Positions 39,308 through 49,901 of a stretch of 53,297 nucleotides of DNA are shown one piece after another. Both the position numbers and the translations under genes were made by a program. Every line of letters begins with the position of its first letter. The first letter of the stretch is position 1. Origin of the DNA: an uncultured archaeon (GTDB lineage: Archaea; Thermoplasmatota; E2; DHVEG-1); NCBI GenBank assembly GCA_902384685.1, contig CABMCU010000073.1:1-53297 (forward strand), in the 5' to 3' direction. A model generated the notes under the pieces. It saw nothing but the letters and a program-made list of their open reading frames with translations. It was not told where the DNA came from and ran no database searches.

Positions 39308-40376
39308 CTTCTTCCCTCGAGGCAACAGAATATTTCACGGTTTCATAGTGATGACACGCCACCTGATGGTCCTTTTCAACCTCCCTGAGTGGCGGTTCGC
39401 ATTCTATACAGACATTGGTGTGGTATCTGCATCGTGGATGGAATCGGCAACCTGTTGGTGGCTCGATAAGATTTGGGACACTCCCTGGGATAATATCTAA
39501 TCGTTTTCGTTCATCTGCTACCTTTGGTATCGCCTTCATCAGTCCCCTTGTGTAAGGGTGATCCGGGTTATCAAAGATTTTTTCTGTTGTCCCGATCTCG
39601 ACAATGTACCCTGCGTACATGACACCGACACGATTACACATCTCCGCGATGATACCAAGATTATGGGTGATCAACCAAATCGCGGTTCCCACACGTTGTT
39701 GTAACTCTTTCATCAGGTCAAGGATCTGTGCTTGGACGGTAACATCCAGCGCAGTTGTTGGTTCATCTGCAATCAATAAATCAGGGTTGCATGCTAGCAT
39801 CATCGCGATCATCACTCGTTGTCGCATCCCTCCACTGAGTTCATGTGGATATTGTTTTGCAACCTTTTTCGGATCAGAGATTTTTACAAGATCCAGTGTG
39901 TTTATTGCTTTTTCAAATGCTTTTTTTTGAATGGTCTTTTTTAGTTTCCGTTTTTTCCAAATATTATATGACGGCGTTTTTTGGTTTGTTTCCGGAAAGG
40001 TTCCATGCCGTAAAATAACTTCAGCGATTTGTTGTCCCGCAGTATAAACAGGATTCAATGCAGTCATCGGTTCTTGGAAAATCATTGAGATGTCTTTTCC
40101 CCGAATTTTTTGCATGTCTTTCTCTGTTTTTTTAAGGAGATCTTCACCTTTGAAAAGGATTGTTCCCTTGAGGATTTTTCCAGGAGGTTGAGGGATGAGT
40201 TTCATGACCGAAAGAGCAGTAACGCTTTTTCCACATCCAGTCTCGCCGATTAAACCAAAAGTCTCTCCTTTCCAAATGTTGAAACTTGTTTCTTCGAGTG
40301 CTTTGACGACTCCTTCGTAGGTGTAGAAGTAAGTTTTGAGGTCTTTTATACTGAGTAATGGTTCGTTTTCCGCTGT
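39279..40376 (-). CDS. oppD: Oligopeptide ABC ATPase OppD, operon 1; lacks an in-frame canonical start upstream of Walker A
   Basis: Open frame extends above 40205 through GETGCGKS to TAENEPLLSIKDL; LSGGMRQR. Confidence 0.85.
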   Translation of the reverse strand, partial: TAENEPLLSIKDLKTYFYTYEGVVKALEETSFNIWKGETFGLIGETGCGKSVTALSVMKLIPQPPGKILKGTILFKGEDLLKKTEKDMQKIRGKDISMIFQEPMTALNPVYTAGQQIAEVILRHGTFPETNQKTPSYNIWKKRKLKKTIQKKAFEKAINTLDLVKISDPKKVAKQYPHELSGGMRQRVMIAMMLACNPDLLIADEPTTALDVTVQAQILDLMKELQQRVGTAIWLITHNLGIIAEMCNRVGVMYAGYIVEIGTTEKIFDNPDHPYTRGLMKAIPKVADERKRLDIIPGSVPNLIEPPTGCRFHPRCRYHTNVCIECEPPLREVEKDHQVACHHYETVKYSVASREEDGRDYCKRD

Positions 40377-40377
40377 C

Positions 40378-41301
40378 TCACCTTCTTAATTTTGGATCAG
40401 TCACATCTCGTAATCCATCACCGAGTAAATTAAATCCAAGAACAACCAGTAGAATTGCTAAGCCTGGGAATGTCACGTACCACCAGGCATGGAACATAAA
40501 TGATCGTCCATCTGATATCATAAGTCCCCATTCTGCGGTTCCAGGGGATGCACCAAGACCAATGAAACTTAATCCCGCAGCAACGAGGAGAACTGCTCCT
40601 AGGTCAAGGGTAATTTGGACTAAAAGAGGAGCAAGTGAGTTTGGTAAAATATGATGAAGAAGAATCCGTGAGTTTTTTGCTCCGACACTTCGTGCTGCTT
40701 CCACAAATGGTTGTTCACGTATTGTAAGGACTTGGCCTCTCATGAGTCGAGCATAAGTAGGCCACCATGTGATTATCATTGCTTCCATGATATGGTCGAT
40801 ACTTCGTCCTAATGCAGCAGCAATAGCCAATGCTAAAATGAGATAAGGAATGGAAAGAAAGACATCGGTTATTCTCATAAGTATTTCATCAAGTACTCCT
40901 CCGAAATAACCTGCAAGACCGCCTAATACAACACCGATGAGTGTTGAGATTGCAATGACCAATATACAGATCCTTAATGAGGTTTGAGAACCATAAACAA
41001 TCATACTAAAGATATCGCGTCCGTAATCATCGGTTCCGAAGAAATGGTCTGTACTCGGTGGGAGAAGTTTTTTATCAAAATGGATTTCCCATCGTTCTTC
41101 GACTTGGGTTGTACCTTGTTCCGTGGACACCTCTGCATAGGTGGGATGTTCTTTTGCGATGAATGGTGCAAAGAGAGCTACAAGGAGTAATGCAATGATT
41201 ATCGCAAGTCCTATCATGGAGAGAAGACTTTTTCGAAAAAGGTGAAACATGAACCGTATATCTTTGATCCTCGACTCATGTTTTTTAAGATAATCATCCA
41301 T
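40378..41301 (-). CDS. oppC: Oligopeptide ABC permease OppC, operon 1
   Basis: FGTDDYGRD, EAARSVGA, GDGLRD. Confidence 0.92.
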   Translation of the reverse strand: MDDYLKKHESRIKDIRFMFHLFRKSLLSMIGLAIIIALLLVALFAPFIAKEHPTYAEVSTEQGTTQVEERWEIHFDKKLLPPSTDHFFGTDDYGRDIFSMIVYGSQTSLRICILVIAISTLIGVVLGGLAGYFGGVLDEILMRITDVFLSIPYLILALAIAAALGRSIDHIMEAMIITWWPTYARLMRGQVLTIREQPFVEAARSVGAKNSRILLHHILPNSLAPLLVQITLDLGAVLLVAAGLSFIGLGASPGTAEWGLMISDGRSFMFHAWWYVTFPGLAILLVVLGFNLLGDGLRDVTDPKLRR

Positions 41302-41320
41302 TATTCTAAAACGCAGGATA

Positions 41321-42343
41321 TTATCCCCCTCCTAATTTAACACGAGGATCGACGACCGCGTAGAGGATGTCTACAATTAAGTTTGCTATGACGTAGATTA
41401 TTGCAACCACGAGGGTGAATCCCATTACCGCGTTGAAATCTAATCCGAGGACAGCATGAGCAGCAAACCGACCCATTCCCGGCCAATTAAAGATAGTTTC
41501 AGTAAGCACTGCACCACTTAACAAACCACCAAACGATAAACCGGCGACAGTAATGGTAGGTATCATCGCGTTACGTAAGGCATGTTTATAGATTACGGTA
41601 CGTTCAGATAATCCCTTTGCTCGAGCAGTACGAATATAATCCGAACCCATGACCTCTAGCATACTTGAACGCATCATACGTAAGATAATTGCAAGTTCAG
41701 CAAAGCCAAGGGTAAATGCAGGCAAGAGAAGATGATGTAAAGATGAGATAAGTGCCGCACCATTTCCGGAAAAAATACTATCTAAAATATAAAATCCGGT
41801 AAACGTCGTTGGAGATGTCATCCCAACAGATAATCGTCCTTCTAGCGGAAAAATTGGAAATTGATAAGCGAAGACATATTGTAGCATCAGCGCCAACCAA
41901 AAAATCGGTAATGAATATCCAACGATGGCAATAATTCTCGTAATATGATCGGAGAGTTTATTTTGTCGGATTGCGGATATGATACCTCCAATAATACCAA
42001 ACGGGATTGCGATGATCGTAGCAAAAATCGTTAGTTCAAATGTCGCTAGGAAATATTGAGCGAGAGCAGTCGTGACCGTCCTATTTTCAAGAAATGATTT
42101 CCCGAGATTTAAATGAATGAGATCATTCATATAGTAAAAATATTGTTCCCAGAGTGGTTTATCTAAATGGAGTTCCGCGCGTATTCGTGCAATGGTTTCT
42201 GGTTGTGCTTTTGGTCCTCCAGCAAACGCTCTTGCAGGATCAGCTGGGATTACATGGGAGACTGTAAAAGTTATGATAGTTACCCCAATTAATACCGGTA
42301 TTAACAGTAATAGTCTGCGGACTATATATTCCCATGTCTTCAT
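41321..42343 (-). CDS. oppB: Oligopeptide ABC permease OppB, operon 1
   Basis: RTARAKGL, ETIFNWPG, DPR. Confidence 0.92.
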   Translation of the reverse strand: MKTWEYIVRRLLLLIPVLIGVTIITFTVSHVIPADPARAFAGGPKAQPETIARIRAELHLDKPLWEQYFYYMNDLIHLNLGKSFLENRTVTTALAQYFLATFELTIFATIIAIPFGIIGGIISAIRQNKLSDHITRIIAIVGYSLPIFWLALMLQYVFAYQFPIFPLEGRLSVGMTSPTTFTGFYILDSIFSGNGAALISSLHHLLLPAFTLGFAELAIILRMMRSSMLEVMGSDYIRTARAKGLSERTVIYKHALRNAMIPTITVAGLSFGGLLSGAVLTETIFNWPGMGRFAAHAVLGLDFNAVMGFTLVVAIIYVIANLIVDILYAVVDPRVKLGGG

Positions 42344-42372
42344 GTGTTAAAAAAAAAGAAAAAGAAAGAGGT

Positions 42373-44049
42373 TTATTTGTATGCTTTATAGTAGTTATAG
42401 TAGTAGTATTCAATACAGGGGTTATATGAGTAACCTTGTAACCAAGTGCGCATCCCTCTAGTGTACGATTCCTGGCCAATATAGATAAGCGAAGGATCAT
42501 TGATGTAAATGTTAAATGCGGTAGCGTATGAATCACCTCGTATTTGAGTACTAACATTGAATTTCGCTCTGTTTATCATTCGGTCAACTGTTGCGTTCGC
42601 CCATCCCGTATGGAATGTATCTCCACCATTTGCCGCAGATCCGACAAACGGAGCAACATAATCATCAGGGTCATTATAATCAGGCATCCATCCGAGGAAC
42701 ATGAAATCCCAGTCTATGGTATTGTACAATCTGTTGAGGTATTGTGGCCATGATTCTGTGCTGACAATAGAGTTTATTCCAATGTTCGCGAGATCTTGTT
42801 GGAAGGAAAGCGCCATTTTTTGTCGTTCCGAGTTTCCTGAGTTGTACCAGATACGTATTGCTGTGTTATTGAATCGATAGAGTTTTCCTTTAAACATCGT
42901 CGTTTGCGTGTAACCTGATGCGTTCAAGAGTTCTGCTGCTTTTTCAAGGTTGTGATTATAGACAGGCACGCCATTATTTTGTGTTTCATAGTACGGCATT
43001 CCTTTTGGAATTGCTCCTGGGGAAAGAAACAGATATCCGTTGAAAGCATCGTCAATTGCAGACTGATAATTAAATACATAACTTAACGCCTTTCGAACAT
43101 CTTTATTGGCCATGAATGTGTTCTCGCTTTGTGTGTTAAAGATCCCATTGACCGTATTATAACTGGGCGAATTATAGATGAGAACTCCAGTTTTATTTTG
43201 TATATCAACAAGGTTTTCAAAAGGGATATACGCGAAATCCGCATCTCCGCTATTCAAGGCAAGTATTCGGGTTGATGCTTCATCAGCAGTTTTCACAACA
43301 ACTGTATCAACATGGTTTCCACTCCAGCCACCCCAATAGAGATCATTTTTCTTTAAGACGATTTCCGAGTTATGTGTCCAGTGATCAAGTTTATACGGGC
43401 CGGTTCCAATAGCATGTTCTTTCATCCATTGATTATCCGTGTTGGCGATCACACCCCCATTTGCTTCAACGATTTTTTTATCAACAATAGACGCAACACT
43501 AAACGCCATTAATGCGAGGAATCCCCCATAGGTATTTTTTAGTTTAATTTGAACAGTATATGGATCGAGTATTGTCGTACTGTTTAAATCCATGCATTGG
43601 GACAAAATCCAAGCGACTCCAGAATCGGGAGAGTTTATGGTTAACACACGATCTAATGAGTACTTCACATCGGATGCGTTAAAGAGATCTCCGTTAGAGA
43701 ATTTCACTCCTTGCCGTAAATGGAATGTCCATGTTTCTTGATCGCTCCCCACGGTCCAGTTTGTTGCAAGTGACGGATAAATGGTTTTTGTATCGTTCCC
43801 ATGATAAGTGACTAATGTTTCATAGATGTTAAAGACCATATCAGTCGATGCTGAATCATATGCCTCTGCAGGATCAAGTGTTCTGGGTTCTCCAATATCA
43901 TAACGGACATATGTTGTTGGATTTTTTATTTCAGGGTTTCCCTGTTGCTGCTGCTGTGTACATCCACTAAACCCGACGCAAATAAACATCGCACATATCA
44001 AGATTGCTAGAACACCAGCCTTCACATCTTTCTTTCCAAAACTTCTCAT
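42373..44049 (-). CDS. oppA: Oligopeptide-binding lipoprotein OppA, operon 1
   Basis: Lipobox FSGC, LRQGVKFSNG, GTGPY, WMPDYNDP. Confidence 0.92.
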   Translation of the reverse strand: MRSFGKKDVKAGVLAILICAMFICVGFSGCTQQQQQGNPEIKNPTTYVRYDIGEPRTLDPAEAYDSASTDMVFNIYETLVTYHGNDTKTIYPSLATNWTVGSDQETWTFHLRQGVKFSNGDLFNASDVKYSLDRVLTINSPDSGVAWILSQCMDLNSTTILDPYTVQIKLKNTYGGFLALMAFSVASIVDKKIVEANGGVIANTDNQWMKEHAIGTGPYKLDHWTHNSEIVLKKNDLYWGGWSGNHVDTVVVKTADEASTRILALNSGDADFAYIPFENLVDIQNKTGVLIYNSPSYNTVNGIFNTQSENTFMANKDVRKALSYVFNYQSAIDDAFNGYLFLSPGAIPKGMPYYETQNNGVPVYNHNLEKAAELLNASGYTQTTMFKGKLYRFNNTAIRIWYNSGNSERQKMALSFQQDLANIGINSIVSTESWPQYLNRLYNTIDWDFMFLGWMPDYNDPDDYVAPFVGSAANGGDTFHTGWANATVDRMINRAKFNVSTQIRGDSYATAFNIYINDPSLIYIGQESYTRGMRTWLQGYSYNPCIEYYYYNYYKAYK

Positions 44050-44182
44050 AATTATGATCCCTCTTTATTTCACCATCTCCATATATGAATTAACACTGTA
44101 TATTATTTATTAGTTAATTACTTTTTCCTTTTAGACAATGATTGATTCCACGAGAACAGACGATTATTTCATTTAACGTACT

Positions 44183-45145
44183 CTACGTGGGGAAACATGC
44201 AACAAAATGATCTTTTTTCACTTCCCGTAATTCTGATTCATTCTGTGAACATTCTGGTCTTGCCTCGGTGCAGCGTGGGTGAAATCGACATCCAGGTGGG
44301 GGGTGCACAAGACTTGGAACCTCACCAGTTAAAGGGATATATTTTGTTTGGTACTCTGGATCAGGAATTGGAATTGCTGATAATAACGCTCTTGTGTAAG
44401 GATGCATTGGTTCGTGGAATAAATCCTGTTTTGACGCCAATTCCACAAGTTTCCCGGCATACATTACCGCAATTCTATCACTCGTATGTTTTATGACGCT
44501 GAGATCATGGGTGATAAATAACAGAGTCAAACCAAAATCCTTTTGTAAATCCTTCAAGAGATTAATGATTTGTGCTTGAATAGAAACATCAAGGGCAGAT
44601 ACTGGCTCATCCGCGACAATAAATATCGGATTTGTCGCCAACGCCCGCGCAATACCGATCCTCTGTCGCTGTCCTCCGCTAAACTCATGAGGGTATCGGT
44701 TTATCTGATCTGGTGTCAATCCTACTTTTTCCATTAGTTCAATGATTTTGTTCTCTTTTTCCTCTTTTGTTGCAGCGAGTTTATGGACTTCTATCGGCTC
44801 TGCGATTGCTGCACCTATAGTCATCCTCGGATCAAGGGAGCCATAGGGATCTTGATAGATAATCATCATTTTTTTGCGAAACTCATTCATCTGCTTTGGT
44901 CTTAGATGAGTGATATCATGCCCATCAAAATAGATACTACCAGCGGTAGGATTTATCAATCGCAAAATCAGCTTTCCACAAGTGGTTTTTCCGCACCCAG
45001 ACTCTCCAACAAGACCGAGAATTTCATTTCGTTTAATATAAAAACTTACATCATCTAACGCTTTAATCGCTTCTTTCTTTTTAAACGGCCCACTGCCTTG
45101 ATAAAAATATTTTTTTAGATTCTTTACTTCAACTAAATTATCCAT
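44183..45145 (-). CDS. dppF: Di/oligopeptide ABC ATPase DppF/OppF, operon 2
   Basis: GESGCGKT, FSGGQRQR, DEPV. Confidence 0.92.
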   Translation of the reverse strand: MDNLVEVKNLKKYFYQGSGPFKKKEAIKALDDVSFYIKRNEILGLVGESGCGKTTCGKLILRLINPTAGSIYFDGHDITHLRPKQMNEFRKKMMIIYQDPYGSLDPRMTIGAAIAEPIEVHKLAATKEEKENKIIELMEKVGLTPDQINRYPHEFSGGQRQRIGIARALATNPIFIVADEPVSALDVSIQAQIINLLKDLQKDFGLTLLFITHDLSVIKHTSDRIAVMYAGKLVELASKQDLFHEPMHPYTRALLSAIPIPDPEYQTKYIPLTGEVPSLVHPPPGCRFHPRCTEARPECSQNESELREVKKDHFVACFPT

Positions 45146-45148
45146 TTA

Positions 45149-46120
45149 TTAAAGACCTCCAACTAAGTAGCATCGTACCCAATGATGGTTTCCTACTTGT
45201 ACTAGTGGTGGTAAATTTTTTGTGCAGGGCTCAAAACAATATTCACATCTCGGGTGAAATGGACATCCCGTGGGGAGATCAAGAAGATTTGGAACCAAAC
45301 CCGGAATGATTTTCAATCGTTCGGTATCGGTATCAAGTCGTGGTATTGATTTCATTAATGCTTGTGCATAGGGATGTAATGGATCTTTGAAGAATGTATG
45401 CACATCGGTGTATTCAGCCATATATCCAGCGTACATCAACGCAACATTATCACATGTTTTTGCTATAACACCAAGATCATGTGTTATCAGTAACACCGAG
45501 GTATTGAACTGTTTTCGTAATTCATCGATCAATTTTAAAATCTGAGCTTGGATAGTCACATCCAAGGCGGTGGTGGGTTCATCAGCAATAAGAAGAGCAG
45601 GATTGCATGATAATGCCATAGCAATCATCACTCGCTGTCGCATCCCTCCAGATAATTCATGCGGGTAATCATCTATTCGTTTTTCCGGATCTGGGAACCG
45701 GACGGTATACAACGATTCAATCGCTTTTTTTTGCGCATCCTCTTTTTTCAATTTGTGATGCAGTTTTAACACTTCTATTATTTCAGAACCAATCGTAAAC
45801 ATGGGGTCTAACGAGGTCATCGGTTCTTGAAAAATCATGGATATCTTACATCCTCGGATATTTCTCATTTCCTTTTCACTAAGCTCTAAAAGATTCGTTT
45901 CTTCGAAAAATATTTTCCCACCGACGATTTTTCCTGGGGGACTCTGTACCAATCTCATGATGGATAATGCGGTGACGCTTTTCCCACACCCTGATTCTCC
46001 AACAAGGCCAAGGGTTTCTCCTTTGTTGATGGTGAAACTTACCCCATCGACTGCTTTGACTGTTCCTTCATGGGTGAAAAAGTACGTTTGGAGATTTTCA
46101 ACTCTGAGTAACTCTTCCAT
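45149..46120 (-). CDS. dppD: Di/oligopeptide ABC ATPase DppD/OppD, operon 2
   Basis: [20 protein letters not shown]. Confidence 0.92.
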   Translation of the reverse strand: MEELLRVENLQTYFFTHEGTVKAVDGVSFTINKGETLGLVGESGCGKSVTALSIMRLVQSPPGKIVGGKIFFEETNLLELSEKEMRNIRGCKISMIFQEPMTSLDPMFTIGSEIIEVLKLHHKLKKEDAQKKAIESLYTVRFPDPEKRIDDYPHELSGGMRQRVMIAMALSCNPALLIADEPTTALDVTIQAQILKLIDELRKQFNTSVLLITHDLGVIAKTCDNVALMYAGYMAEYTDVHTFFKDPLHPYAQALMKSIPRLDTDTERLKIIPGLVPNLLDLPTGCPFHPRCEYCFEPCTKNLPPLVQVGNHHWVRCYLVGGL

Positions 46121-46129
46121 TTTTTCATC

Positions 46130-47011
46130 CTATTCTTTCAGTCGTGGATCTAAAATATCCCGTAAACCATCTCCTAACAGATTTAGTCCTAATACCGCAA
46201 TGACAATTGCAATTCCTGGGAATGTCGCAGCCCACCAGGAGCCACTCACGATGTAGAAACGGCTCTCGGAAAGCATCGCACCCCATTCTGGACTTGGTGG
46301 TTGCGCTCCTAATCCTAAGAAACCAAGTGCTGCTGCATCAAGAATAGCGCCCGCCATCATCAATGTCCCATAGACAATAACCGGTGAAAGGCTATTGGGC
46401 AGCACATGTCGGAAAATAATTCGTGTATTGCTCGAGCCAATGGCTTTCTGCGCCTCGATATATTCCGTTTCTTTAATGTATAATACTGAACCTCGCATGA
46501 CTCGTGCCATCTGAGGCGAATATTCAATACCAATCGCGATCATTGCTTTATCCAATCCCTGTCCAATCACTGCAACAATCACTATAGCGAGTAATAACGA
46601 CGGGAAGGCAAACAAGATATCAGTGATTCTCATAAGAACATTATCAATCCATCCGCCATAATACCCCGCAGCAACCCCAATTAAAATACCAAGTAATGTC
46701 GCAATACCAACTGCGATGAAACCCACTGTTAAGCTAATTCTAGAACCATAAATGATTCTACTTAAAATATCTCTGCCCATCATATCGGTTCCGAGAGGAT
46801 ATCCTGATATACTTTCATTGCTCCAAAATCCTGGTTTCAGGCTATTTTCAAGTTTCGGAGGTGAGGGTGTTGGGTCCTGTGGAGCAATAAAGGATGCAAA
46901 GATCGCTAAAAATACGAGAAAAAGGATGAGGATTAGACCAAAAACCGCTGATTTATTGTATCGAAATCGTCTGATTAATTCATGGGTTTTTGTCTCTCTT
47001 TTTCGTGCCAT
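46130..47011 (-). CDS. dppC: Di/oligopeptide ABC permease DppC, operon 2
   Basis: LGTDMMGRD, PEWG, GDGLRD. Confidence 0.92.
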   Translation of the reverse strand: MARKRETKTHELIRRFRYNKSAVFGLILILFLVFLAIFASFIAPQDPTPSPPKLENSLKPGFWSNESISGYPLGTDMMGRDILSRIIYGSRISLTVGFIAVGIATLLGILIGVAAGYYGGWIDNVLMRITDILFAFPSLLLAIVIVAVIGQGLDKAMIAIGIEYSPQMARVMRGSVLYIKETEYIEAQKAIGSSNTRIIFRHVLPNSLSPVIVYGTLMMAGAILDAAALGFLGLGAQPPSPEWGAMLSESRFYIVSGSWWAATFPGIAIVIAVLGLNLLGDGLRDILDPRLKE

Positions 47012-47018
47012 TCTTCAC

Positions 47019-48023
47019 CTAATCATAATGAATTCTTGGGTCGATATAGGTGTACAAAAGATCCGTAATCAAATTGACAATAACGAACACAAGTGCAAAA
47101 ACAAGGATGCAACCGATCACCAGCGGATAATCCCTCGCGTACACCGAGTCGACTACAAGGCGACCAACTCCCGGCCAGGAGAACACAGTTTCTGTTAAAA
47201 TCGCACCTGAAAGGAGTAGACCAAAATTCAATCCAATAACTGTCACCACTGGGACCATCGCATTTCTAACTGCATGTTTATAGATGACTTTGCGTTCTGA
47301 TAAGCCCTTTGCTCGTTCCGTTCGTATAAAATCCTGACGCAATATTTCAAGCATACTTGACCTAGTGGTCCTGGCAATAACCGCCATAGGGATAGTGCCT
47401 AATGCAATAGCGGGGAGAATTAAATGACGAAGAACACTAATCAGTGCTGCACCATTTCCCGTAATGATACTATCAACGACCATAAAACCAGTGATGCGAT
47501 TGAAGGGAAGTAACAAATCAATTCGTCCACCTATTGGAAGCCACCCGAGGAAAACTCCAAAGATCATCATCAGCATAATCCCAAGCCAAAACACGGGCAT
47601 GGAAATCCCAAAGAGTGCGATACCCATCACCGAATAATCTGCAACTGAATATTGTTTTGTTGCAGAGATAATACCAGCGACAACACCAATAAGGATCGCA
47701 AAAATCATCGCTGCAATCGCAAGCTCGATTGTATTTGGAAAACGTGATGCAATCTCTGTGGTAACTTGTTCGTGAGAAAGAATGGAACGACCAAGGTCAC
47801 CATGTAGCACGTCACCAAGCCAGATGAAATATTGAACAAACAGCGGTTGATCCAATCCATATTTCGCGCGGGTTTCGTCGATTTCCTGCTGTGTGGCATG
47901 TTGCCCAAGCATGGTTCTTACTGGATCACCAGGGGCAAGATGAATCAATGAAAACGCGATAAGGGTAACTCCTAGGATAACTGGTATAATCTGCAATAGT
48001 CGCTTAATAATGTACCATTTCAT
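47019..48023 (-). CDS. dppB: Di/oligopeptide ABC permease DppB, operon 2
   Basis: PGDP, RAKGL, ETVFSWPG, DPRI. Confidence 0.92.
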   Translation of the reverse strand: MKWYIIKRLLQIIPVILGVTLIAFSLIHLAPGDPVRTMLGQHATQQEIDETRAKYGLDQPLFVQYFIWLGDVLHGDLGRSILSHEQVTTEIASRFPNTIELAIAAMIFAILIGVVAGIISATKQYSVADYSVMGIALFGISMPVFWLGIMLMMIFGVFLGWLPIGGRIDLLLPFNRITGFMVVDSIITGNGAALISVLRHLILPAIALGTIPMAVIARTTRSSMLEILRQDFIRTERAKGLSERKVIYKHAVRNAMVPVVTVIGLNFGLLLSGAILTETVFSWPGVGRLVVDSVYARDYPLVIGCILVFALVFVIVNLITDLLYTYIDPRIHYD

Positions 48024-48103
48024 TTCTGATCAACAGAATATCTTAGAATCTCTCTCATTTATTCCTTCGTGCATCAGAAAATCGGAGATTACCCTGTATG
48101 GTT

Positions 48104-49786
48104 TTATGTTAGAGTCACAGGATAGAAGAAATATCGTCCTGTTGGGTTTAAGACAAATCCCTGTACGTTCTTAGTAAAGACAAGGTCTTGGTTTGCATGT
48201 GCTAGATACACAAACGGTGCGTCTTCGTGGATGATTCCTTGTGCATCTTTGTAGAGTTGTGCGCGCTCATTGGTATCATAGGTTTGTAATGCAGCTGATA
48301 ATAAATCTTGTACTTTAGTATTGTTGTAAAACGCTACGTTTCCTGCAGTTCCTAACGTGCATTGGTTCGCGCCGTATAAAACGTTCATGAAGTTATCCGG
48401 GTCACCATTGTCTCCAGTCCAACCAAGCAGACACATTGGATGTTCTCCTGCCTGTGTCTTTGCAAGATACGTCGACCAATCGATCTGGTAAATTGTCACA
48501 TGAATATTCACAGCCTCAAGATAGCTTTGAATCGCCTCTCCAATCTTAGCTGGATCAAACATATATGGTCGACTAACTGGCATCACCCAGAGTGTGGTGT
48601 TAAAACCATTTGACCACTTTGTTTCATTTAATAGTTCTCGTGCTTTGACAGGATTATACGGATAATCAACAACAGAATTATTATATCCGAGCATGAACGG
48701 TGGCATCCCGTTCTTTGCAACGATTGCTGTCCCTTTATAAAGATTCTTAACTATCGAGGATTTATTGATTGCATAATTGACTGCCTGTCTTACCGACTTG
48801 TTCGTAAACGGCTCGAAGTATCCAGGAGTTTTCACCCATGGTTCATTTTGGTCATGCATACCGTTTTTATTGCTATCATTATAACCATATCCATTATTCA
48901 TCGCCAGATACCCAACATTCATCCCCGCTGCCGTCAACAGCTGCAGATTAGTATTAGCTTTAATTGAATCAAGGCTTGCAGGGTCAGGGAACTCCATTCC
49001 TTGAATTTCACCTGCCTGTATCGCGAGCAGTCTGGCAGAAGGATCCGTGATGACCCGATAAATCACTTTATCAATTTTTGGGGCTCCACGCCAATAGTCC
49101 TTGTTTGCTTCTACGGTAATATGATCATCTTTTACCCATTCTACGAACTTAAATGGACCAGTACCACAAGGGTGTTTAAACGCATCTGCTCCATATTTTG
49201 CTGCGTTGGTTGGACTGACAATAGCAACCGTGAACATCGCGAGGCTTGTCATAATCGCAGCGTTTGGTCTGCTTAAAACAATTTTCACCGTGTAATCACC
49301 GATTTTTTCGACTTTCGCTATATCACTGAACATGTATCCCCAATACGCCCATTCGCCATATTGATGATACGGATGACTTGTATTATACTGCCGTTCAAAT
49401 GAAAAGACAACCGCATCAGCATTGAAGGTAGTATTATCATGGAACTTCACACCCTGTCTTAAAGTGAAGGTGATATTCTGTCCATCTGCTGAAGTAACCC
49501 ATGATGTCGCCAAGCACGGCTGGATCTCTGCAGTACCTTCTTTATATTCCACTAACCCTTCAAAGATGCTATCGGTTCTCGCTGTAGACTCTCCATCAGT
49601 GACATCCGCTGGGTCGAGTTTATCAGCATCTCCAGAACATGCAAAGATCAGCACCTTTTCTTTTACAGTTGGAGTGTTGTTTTGCATACATCCGCTAAAA
49701 GAAACTGCGAGTAATAATCCACAGACAATGATTGCAATGACACCAGCCTTCATATTGGTCGAATTTACTCTCCCCATGATTTTCAA
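48104..49786 (-). CDS. dppA: Dipeptide-binding lipoprotein DppA, operon 2
   Basis: Lipobox FSGC, GTGPF, MPVSRPY, GWTGDNGDPDNF (DppA-like). Confidence 0.92.
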   Translation of the reverse strand: MKIMGRVNSTNMKAGVIAIIVCGLLLAVSFSGCMQNNTPTVKEKVLIFACSGDADKLDPADVTDGESTARTDSIFEGLVEYKEGTAEIQPCLATSWVTSADGQNITFTLRQGVKFHDNTTFNADAVVFSFERQYNTSHPYHQYGEWAYWGYMFSDIAKVEKIGDYTVKIVLSRPNAAIMTSLAMFTVAIVSPTNAAKYGADAFKHPCGTGPFKFVEWVKDDHITVEANKDYWRGAPKIDKVIYRVITDPSARLLAIQAGEIQGMEFPDPASLDSIKANTNLQLLTAAGMNVGYLAMNNGYGYNDSNKNGMHDQNEPWVKTPGYFEPFTNKSVRQAVNYAINKSSIVKNLYKGTAIVAKNGMPPFMLGYNNSVVDYPYNPVKARELLNETKWSNGFNTTLWVMPVSRPYMFDPAKIGEAIQSYLEAVNIHVTIYQIDWSTYLAKTQAGEHPMCLLGWTGDNGDPDNFMNVLYGANQCTLGTAGNVAFYNNTKVQDLLSAALQTYDTNERAQLYKDAQGIIHEDAPFVYLAHANQDLVFTKNVQGFVLNPTGRYFFYPVTLT

Positions 49787-49901
49787 TCCTCGTTAGCTTC
49801 CTTCTCTCAAAGAAAGTCTAAATTCGTATCACGTATATTATTTAACTACTTTTTCTTTTAACGAGAATTTATACAAAATATTTCACCTAACAAGCGCTTC
49901 A

